Source: Paraphysomonas bandaiensis (taxonomy: Eukaryota > Protista > Chrysophyceae). Taken from it: a stretch of 15,734 bases of DNA. Location of the stretch: assembly GCA_965644295.1 (NCBI GenBank), contig CBFFRP010000491.1, forward strand, positions 1 through 15,734, given 5' to 3'. The notes under the pieces were generated by a model. That model was not told the DNA's origin. It did no database searches and worked only from the letters and a program-made list of their open reading frames with translations. Of the stretch, positions 8,551-15,734 are shown piece after piece. The translations under genes were made by a program, and so were the position numbers. The first letter of the stretch is position 1, and every line of letters begins with the position of its first letter.

Positions 8551-8632
8551 CTCTCAGTAATTAATCTCATTGTCTTTTAATGCCTTGTACTATTTGTTCT
8601 TAGAAGCTACTCTATAAACCCCTAGGGTTACA

Positions 8633-8648
8633 CTACCTCTTCCCCCCC
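8633..8648 (-). other. Polypurine tract of element 2
   Basis: Minus strand GGGGGGGAAGAGGTAG|TGTAAC, nearly the same as element 1's GGGGGGAAAGAGGGTAG|TGTAAC. Confidence 0.9.
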
Positions 8649-8680
8649 TTTTTTTTTTTTTTTTTTTCTTTTTTTTTTTT
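8649..8680. repeat. T19-C-T12 homopolymer (A-tract on the element strand, between pol stop and PPT)
   Basis: Directly visible. Confidence 0.95.
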
Positions 8681-8707
8681 CGAAATAGAATAAAAGTGAA
8701 GTCAAAA

Positions 8708-11700
8708 TTAATGCTGATTGACTTGGGGAAAACGTAGCGCAAAGTCGGAATCTACCAGTACCATAGTTGTCGGATCGAAGTCGCGATGTACGAAACATTT
8801 CACGTGATAGTTATCAAATCTGTATGTGGCTTTGGTCATGAGATTCTTGACAGAAATTAGCTTCTTGCTGGTCTTATGGTACCAGTGAGTGAGCATAAAT
8901 TGCATCACATATGTAACAGTGGGCGAATCTGGTAGTTGTAGGGCATCATACCAGTCATCTCCGAATACTCTGATATCTACATACACCTCGTCACCCGGTT
9001 GAACCGTAGTTATTGACTGCTTCCTCTTCTCACTGATATATTTGGCGGCCCCATCCGTGGTATAAATAAGATGATGTAGATAAGGCTTGCTGCTACAGAA
9101 TTCCTCATAGGTTATGGAATCAAATAAATCCTGGCTGTAAGGTAGCTCTCTGATATCTCCATCCTTGAAACGTACTGTAAACAACATTGTTGAACGCCGT
9201 TCTCTGTCTCCAGTGTAATATAAAATGGTGTCGATCTCATGCTGATCATGATCTCGCATAGCCATTTTATAGGCTTGTTCCCTGTCTCCGGGATATAATT
9301 TTACATCCCGTACATCTACTTTTGTTACAACTCCGGTCACCAAATGTTTGCAGTCAATATCATTCTTATATTGCGATATAACCTGAAATGGTCCTAGGTA
9401 TCTATGAGACATTTTAGGGTAAACCTTGGCCCCTTTGTCGAATAAAACAAAGTCGCCCGGCTGATACTGATTCTGTCGCTGAGGAGATATGACTTTACTG
9501 AAACGTTTGGCCTTCAACTTATCTTTATATTCTCTCGAACTGCGTTGCAACAGAGCTAGATTATCATTGAGTGTATGTAGTCTAGCATGGGCTTTCTCTG
9601 GTACTTCATTCCTTCCCATATTGTTATACCTCTCACTCTCAGAACCAAATGTTAACTCAAAAGGCGAATACCCCGTTTCAGATGATACTTCAGAATTCAA
9701 TACATGTGCCACTGTAGGAATCCAGCTGGGGTCTTCAAATACATCTCGCTTCTCTTCCTTCTCGCTGTAATCAAACACTAATGCTCTTAAATGCCGCACC
9801 ACTTCTCCTATGATCCTCTCGCATCCGTTGGCATGTCTATCCGCTATGCTGAATGTGTGTTTGACACCGATGTATGAGCAAAGTTGATCAAATAATTGGG
9901 ATTTTAGATCAGGTCCTTGATCCGATATGATCACATCAGTATGACCAAATTGACTCCAATACTTCCATACAGTATTAGCAAGATTTATGGCAGTGACTCC
10001 CTTCACTGGTTCGAGGAAGACATGTTTTGTAAACAGATTTACCACCACGTTAATATGCGTGTAGCCTTCTTTACCGTGGGGTGTAATTTCCACTGCATCG
10101 ATACCGATGGCACTACGAGCTGAAGGTGGTTTTAAACTGCGAGGTATAGCTATCACAGCTTCTTGCATTCCGAGTCGTGTCTTAGCACAGTTGGGACATT
10201 TATTGATCATCTCGGTGACTTCTTCAAAAGATATCCTGTGTCCCGGGCATTTCTTATTCAATTTTACCCACGTGGCATAAGCTCCTTTGTGACCTTGTCT
10301 GGCATTATGAACTGCTTGAAAACATTCCTCTTTGGATAAATACAACGGTTCCAACTCTTCTTCCTTATCATCCGGATCCATAAAATTGTTAAGATAGATG
10401 TCTAAGTTGCCAAACATAGTTTCCTCAATGTATTCCTCAATGTCCATATCAGGAAATATACCAGCCAAATGTTGCAACTTATGTGCTCTGGAGAGCCAAT
10501 CTGCTAACCAATTTTGAGAACCTGGAATGTGCCGAATCATAAAGTTAAACGATTGCAGGTATATACGCCATCTCACAATTTTCGGTACTTCAGATGCCTC
10601 CATCCACACTAAATTGTTATGATCGGTCTCAATAATAAACTCCTTGCCCACTAAATAATATGCGAGGTTTCTGACAGCATAATAGATACCGTAGCCTTCC
10701 TGCTCTATCGTAGCCCATCGTTGTGCTTGCGTTGAGAATATTTTTGATATAAATGCTATTGGTTGTAACTGAACAGTACCATCATCTAAAATTTTCTTCT
10801 GTAATAATACTGCTCCTACTCCTAGCTCGCTAGCATCAGTTCTTAAAATCCATTCTAACGAATAGTCGGGATAAAATAACTCACAGGCATCTTGTAGACC
10901 CTTTATGAATCTTCGATACTCCTCTTCATAATCATGCTTCCATGTAGATTTATCCCAGTTGAAAGTTTTCTTGGTCATGTCCGGAAGATGACCTACCAAG
11001 TCAGAATATCTAGGTGTGAATCCTGAGAAGAAAACTCCTTTTCCTAGTAAGCTTCTGGCCGTCTTAGTACTCGTAGGCATTGGAATGTTAGCCAAAGCTT
11101 CCTTCTTATCAGGACTGACCTCATACGATTTGTGTCTGCACACGTAGCCAAAGAAATTCACTTCCCGGAATCCCAGCCAACTCTTAGGCATCTTAAGTTT
11201 TACATTACGTTCAATACACCTGTCAATTATCATTTCAAACTTTTTGTATGCATCAGCGGGGTCTTCTGCTAAGATTAACATGTTGTCAAATATGACTATG
11301 GCCCAATCACTGAAATCAGAAAACAAATCTCTTACAACTTCTTGAAGAATTCCAGTGGCAGGTGCGATGCCTTCAGGCATAAACTTCGGAGCGAACTGTC
11401 CCCATGGTGTTTGGATGGACAATCTTTCCGAGGTTTCTTCATGCAAAGCTACTTGATGGAAAGCATTAGTCAGATCGATGTCCATGTATAAAGGAAAGTT
11501 TGTGATCTTCTGAATCTCATGCCTGACATTGGGGATAGTATGATTTCCTACCTCCATGTGCTTATTTATTTGCACATAATCACCACAGAATCTTATGTAG
11601 GGTGGCGTAGCCTTTGGTGCGACTACTAAACATGATGCCCATGGCGATCTGCTTTTCCCGTAGAAGTATCCACATAATCTACGAAATTCCTTCTCAGACG

Positions 11701-12681
11701 CTTCCCAAAGTTTCGGGTTGATGGGTCTGGCTTTAGGCTTCATGCGTTCCGGCAAAGTCTCTTTCCATTTCAAACGCAAGGGTTCTATTCCTTTTATGCC
11801 ACTCCATTCCTCTGGAACAAAGACTTTCTCTGCCTTTCCTTTCAATAATGCTACTATATCCGTATTACATCGTAGTTCCTCACTGACATGTTTGTCTATC
11901 ATGTCATGGTATTCCTGAACTGCTTCTTGTCTAGGCTTCCCTAAGAAAGTCAATGCATCCCCAAAGTTTACGGGCAGTTCCACTTCAGCTTCCTCTGGCG
12001 CTTCCTCATCATTGGATTTTAGCCACGGCTTGATTAAATTGTCTCTTGTAAACGTATTTGATCTCCTCTGTTCCAGATCTTCTGTGTCTTTCATCTCTTC
12101 TATTTGGTTTAATTGCGAGTCTAGGACATCCTGCTCCTTTAGCTCCCGGTTAGCCTGTCTAAGCAGCTCGTCCATAAAAGGATATAATTTTCCAGTGAGT
12201 GCCGGCAAACCCAATATTATGTCCTGACTCTTCATGTCTAAGACGAAAAACTCTCCAGTGTATGTGTGAGTCCTCGCTCTCTTGTCTTCAACTTTCAAAT
12301 TTAACTTCACTGCCTCCTTCAAAGGTTTCACTGTTCGACTGTCCGCCAATATGACTCTGCACTTGGTCTTCATAATATCTTTGTCGTCTAATCTACTTCG
12401 TATCCTTTTGATTAAATCAGCACTAACATAATTTGCTGACAAGGCTCCCGTATCACATAATATATATACTAATTCTTCAATGTCCATTTTTCTGTCTAGC
12501 ACTACTCTTCCTACCGTGTGACTACTGGATAGAATTTTCTTATCTGGATAACTGGCGTATAAAACTGAAAACCTATTGTCTTCTTGCTTCAGTCTACGTA
12601 AATCAAAATCCTGCGAAAGCGTTCTCCTCTTATCATCTTCACTCTCGCAAGATTCTTCATGTTCGACTTTATGCCTACTAT
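8708..12681 (-). CDS. pol: Pol polyprotein of element 2 (PR-RT-RH-IN-chromo-extra domain); true 5' part is 13394-13421, separated by the TIR insertion
   Basis: PR LCDTGA; RT RFCGDY, DLTNAFHQ, MPEG, IFDN, FFGY; RH TDAS, QEGYGI, TDHNNL, ADWLSR; IN HNARQGH...CPNC, GID...ISDQG...GCERII, GPF; chromo-like HEIDTILYY...FTVRF. The first ~63 codons of the listed 8708-12871 ORF come from the inserted element. Confidence 0.94.
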
Positions 12682-13390
12682 AAGTCGACCTGGGCATGAA
12701 ACCTGGGAAGTGAATTTGACCAGGTTTGCATATGAAAAATGCATATCGTTCAGATGTCATATGAATTCTTCTGGACCCATATGCATAAATTGCAGTGTTT
12801 ATAGTAACTACTTTGACATGTTGTTCAAAGTTTTGCTTGTCAGTAACATGCTCTGAGAAAAGAAAAAACATTTCGAGAGTACTACTGACTGATACTCATG
12901 TTGTACACAATTATTGGTTATTATAATATTATAATCATCATCACGAACAAATATTATTTACCTAGTACATATTATAATAGTGTAATACTACTTCATAAAA
13001 AAGTTTTGAAGTAATTGTAGTTTCAAGGTATCTTGATGCGCACGTTCAAGTCGAGTTGCCTGGTCTTGGGCCACTTGCATACGGAAATATTCCTTATAAC
13101 TGCTATCATCATGGTAGAGTACCGTGTGTAGAATCTTGGTAGACCTATGCAATGTGGTTGTGTATATATAGTATACTATAGCAACATATATATGTATATC
13201 CGTTACATGTTTAGGTTATTATAACCACTCTAATGACTTTAAAATATAATCAAAATGCATTAAAAACGCGTCAATGCAACACCTACTACACTAGTTTAAA
13301 CAAAACGCTGTCTAATTTTAGTCAGCAGTATCATTTGTAAAATTTTCCCAGGTTTCGACCGTTCACCAGGTTTCATGCCCAGGTCGACTT
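12682..13390. mobile_element. 709-bp non-autonomous DNA transposon (MITE-like) with 25-bp perfect TIRs and 3-bp TSD
   Basis: AAGTCGACCTGGGCATGAAACCTGG at 12682-12706 and its exact reverse complement at 13366-13390; TAT at 12679-12681 and 13391-13393; AT-rich interior; removing it plus one TSD rejoins the pol frame. Confidence 0.92.
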
Positions 13391-13421
13391 TATGTACATA
13401 TTCAGTGTCTCTACTTCCTAG

Positions 13422-15070
13422 TCAAGCTCGAGTACCCGAGGGTTCTCTTCGCATGATGGAAGTTTGTGACACAGCACCCGAGTCCGAGGTGCCTTGAACA
13501 AATTTATCAATCTTTAATTTCATTTCCTTGGCCGCTTTAACCAATTCTGGACCATAAGCAAATACTTGCAGTTGTCTCTCTTACAAGTTCCCGTGAGTAT
13601 CTTCTGTAAGCATCCATACTTCTTGTCAGAGTTGGTAGGTGGTCCCACCGCATGTAGATGTTCAGGAATCTCATCTTCCTCTTCATCTGACTCATTTAGA
13701 TCAATACTCAAAGAAGCATCTGGTTTTAAATCCGCAGAAATGGTCACGGTAGGTGCTGCTGGTTCTGGTAAATAATTCCTCCAGTCATCTTCCTCAGCTG
13801 GTGATTGCTCCGCATCACTGTCTGGAACTTCATACGCTCCTTCCTCAATGGCGTTCAGAGGTTTTAAGACGCGAGGTTTTGAAAATATCTTCTTCTCATT
13901 CGCCTTCTTCTCTCTGTAGACTCTCAACCTCTCCTTGTGCTCTGTTAAACATTTGTAGGGGATTTCCCTAACAGCTACACTCAACTGATACTCATCAGAA
14001 ATAATTTCGGTGTACTGATCAAAGAATTCCTGCATATTCTTAAACTTAGTTTCGGTCATGCAACTCCATACATGTTCGAAGTACTCTGGATCATTACACG
14101 ATTTGAAAAGCCGAATAAGTCCTCCCGGCTTGTCTTCAATTCTCGGGCACCAGTCCTTGTTGCCCTCCAACATAATGTTAAGCATTCTTCCGAACTCCGA
14201 AATCAATTTTAGCTGTTGATGGTAGAATGTCTCGTGGTTCACGGGAGACACAACAGCCCATCCCATGACTCTGGAATGTCGTAGGGCTTCCTCTAATTCC
14301 TTGTAAAACGCTGGTCTAGAAAACACTTTGGTCTCGTTGGCTATCACTCTAATAAGATCTGTAATACCAAGCGATCCCAGTTGTCCTTGCGTCAACTGGT
14401 ATTTGGAACGCAAGTGCTCCTTGCATGCTTGCGAGAGAATTTTCTGAACTCTGACTTTCGTGTTCTCTTCTTCCTGAAAATTCATGATTGCTTTGATAGC
14501 TTTCGTCACCTTCGATAGCTGGAAACTATCTATTCTGACATTGCACTCCTTAGCCTGTCGCATCACCACTTCTCCACTCGAGGCTACCTGTCTCTCGCTG
14601 CTGGAAATCTCTCTGAATATAGAAACTTTGACTGACTTTACATCGAATGGATCTGATTCATCGTTGGTTGAAGTTCGCGTGGGAATAATTGCGTCGATAG
14701 ACTGCCTTCTAGACGCCTGAGCAATCTCATGTAACACGGAAGGTCTACCCTTCTTTTGCTTCTCAGCAGGTCCTTGTTTCGGCTTTGCCTCTTCTACGGC
14801 TTCTTCCTGGCTAAGTTCACTAGCAGGTGCTGGTGAATTTCTAGGAGGAGATGGTTCCGGAAATGAATAAGTCCCTTCCAGGACAGCTACTCTTACTCTC
14901 AATTCCTTGAGTTCATCGCTGACCTCAGCTACGTCGTGCTTGAGCCCAGCTACATCATCTTTTACCCCAGCTACTGTCTCAGTTAGAGTGTTTACCGCAG
15001 TTGTAATCTGCTCTACGAATCCCTGCATTAGACGCTGCAGGTCTGTAGCTTCGTCTTGATTAACATCCAT
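13422..15070 (-). pseudogene. gag: Gag-like gene of element 2 with a net 2-nt insertion near 13555-13558
   Basis: ORF 15070-13520 (heptad repeats VAGVKDD-VAGLKHD-VAEVSDE; acidic tract; CLQKILTGTCKRDNCKYL). Removing TT from TTG-C(TT)AT-GGT restores the His of C-x8-C-x4-C-x3-H and extends to HGPELVKAAKEMKLKIDKFVQGTSDSGAVSQTSIMRREPSGTRA* (TGA 13424-13422), paralleling the element 1 Gag tail. Confidence 0.82.
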
Positions 15071-15405
15071 AACTGTCTATATATGCTAAGACAATTGTAT
15101 CTTACTATCAGACTAGCTACTGGTGGTTGTCTTTGTCCTATGTGAATGCTAGGCTCTCTGTAACAAATCTACTGTCTAGACGTGCTTGTCCGCAGGCACA
15201 GTACCAGATGAGATATTGTTGCTTCAAACTTCGCTCCCACAATGGTCAATGACTTCCAATATAGATGATGATTATCTAGTACACTACTACGCAATATAAA
15301 AGGCCTTTTGGGACTAGTAGTAATTAATTACTATGCACAAACCAGACTTGCGGGTTTGCTCCCAACAAAATATATAATAAGGTGTGAGTAAACACTTATT
15401 ATTAC

Positions 15406-15734
15406 TGTTAAATCACCCAACACGGTCAACGATATCCGCTAGATAACGCCGCGCAGTATTCCCTCTAAGAATAAAGATCGCTGTTAAGACAGTGTCAAGT
15501 AACTTAAAACAATGACATGCAAGGAATAACATATAGAATGGTACGCATCTACAAAATGAACCAAGTTCATTTTATATCACACACCACACCGCATGCATTC
15601 TTGCATACACCGTGTATACCACACGTATTATGACAATAAAACAAAACTGAATAACAGCGTATGAAACTGAATAACTGCGCATAAAACTGAAACTACCTAC
15701 ATATAGCATAAAACTGAAATAAAACCATAGTGAT
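15406..15734 (-). repeat. Probable 5' LTR of element 2 (partial, cut by the window end)
   Basis: Boundary TATTAC|TGT on the + strand is identical to element 1's internal/LTR junction (6373-6381); A-rich + strand; shares CCGTGTATAC and clustered AAACTGAA motifs with LTR1. No second copy in the window confirms it. Confidence 0.65.
15643..15720. repeat. Degenerate ~20-bp tandem repeat with AAACTGAA core (4 cores)
   Basis: aaaactgaataacagcgtat / gaaactgaataactgcgcat / aaaactgaaac... / aaaactgaaat. Confidence 0.8.

Larger units (their letters stand above)
8627..15734 (-). mobile_element. Second Ty3/Gypsy chromodomain-type LTR retrotransposon (element 2); runs off the right edge, extent of 3' LTR unresolved
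   Basis: gag 15070-13422 and pol to 8708 with the same domain order as element 1; PPT 8633-8648 followed by TGTAAC as in element 1; LTR-like region from 15406. Confidence 0.93.

Noticed and set aside
8594-8630. Helitron 3' end (CTAG), telomeric repeat, or inverted LTR1-like end (TTGTTCTTAGAAGCTAC)
   Set aside because: No GC-rich subterminal hairpin, CTAG is not followed by T, there is no tandem telomeric unit, and the similarity to LTR1 is too short.
8649-8680. Poly(A) tail of a LINE or retrocopy
   Set aside because: It lies between the pol stop and an intact PPT|TGTAAC, so it is internal to the LTR element rather than a 3' tail.
12682-12871. ATG 12871 as the native start of element 2 pol
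   Set aside because: It lies inside the inserted TIR element; native pol continues from the gag stop at 13422.
12663-13394. 11-bp direct repeat TCGACTTTATG (12663-12673, 13384-13394) as the TSD or a recombinase att site
   Set aside because: It overlaps the right TIR. Perfect 25-bp TIRs with a 3-bp TAT duplication explain the insertion more simply and also restore the frame.
15643-15720. CRISPR-like array
   Set aside because: Short degenerate units without unique spacers, inside a eukaryotic LTR, with no cas genes.

Overview
Eukaryotic repeat-rich DNA holding two related but distinct minus-strand Ty3/Gypsy (chromodomain-bearing) LTR retrotransposons, with a 1.8-kb spacer between them. Element 1 (68-6840) is complete and apparently young: 463/462-bp TG...CA LTRs differing by 3 transitions and 1 indel, a 4-bp GTAC target-site duplication (TSD), a polypurine tract (PPT), and gag and pol in one frame separated by a single TGA. 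Element 2 (~8627 to beyond 15734) has an uninterrupted pol. It also has a 2-nt frameshift near the gag end, a 709-bp TIR element (25-bp perfect TIRs, TAT TSD) inserted just after the gag stop, and no 3' copy of its visible 5' LTR. The two elements share several atypical traits: RT catalytic motif IFDN instead of YxDD, a CCCH-type finger in Gag instead of a CCHC knuckle, an in-frame UGA gag-pol junction, no TGG tRNA primer-binding site (both LTRs are followed by GTAATA), and a conserved ~100-aa domain after the chromodomain. Just beyond element 2's PPT, where its 3' LTR should be, lies an antisense, disrupted SET-domain (lysine methyltransferase-like) gene. All calls are by-eye motif recognition; no searches were run, and the host cannot be identified from this window.
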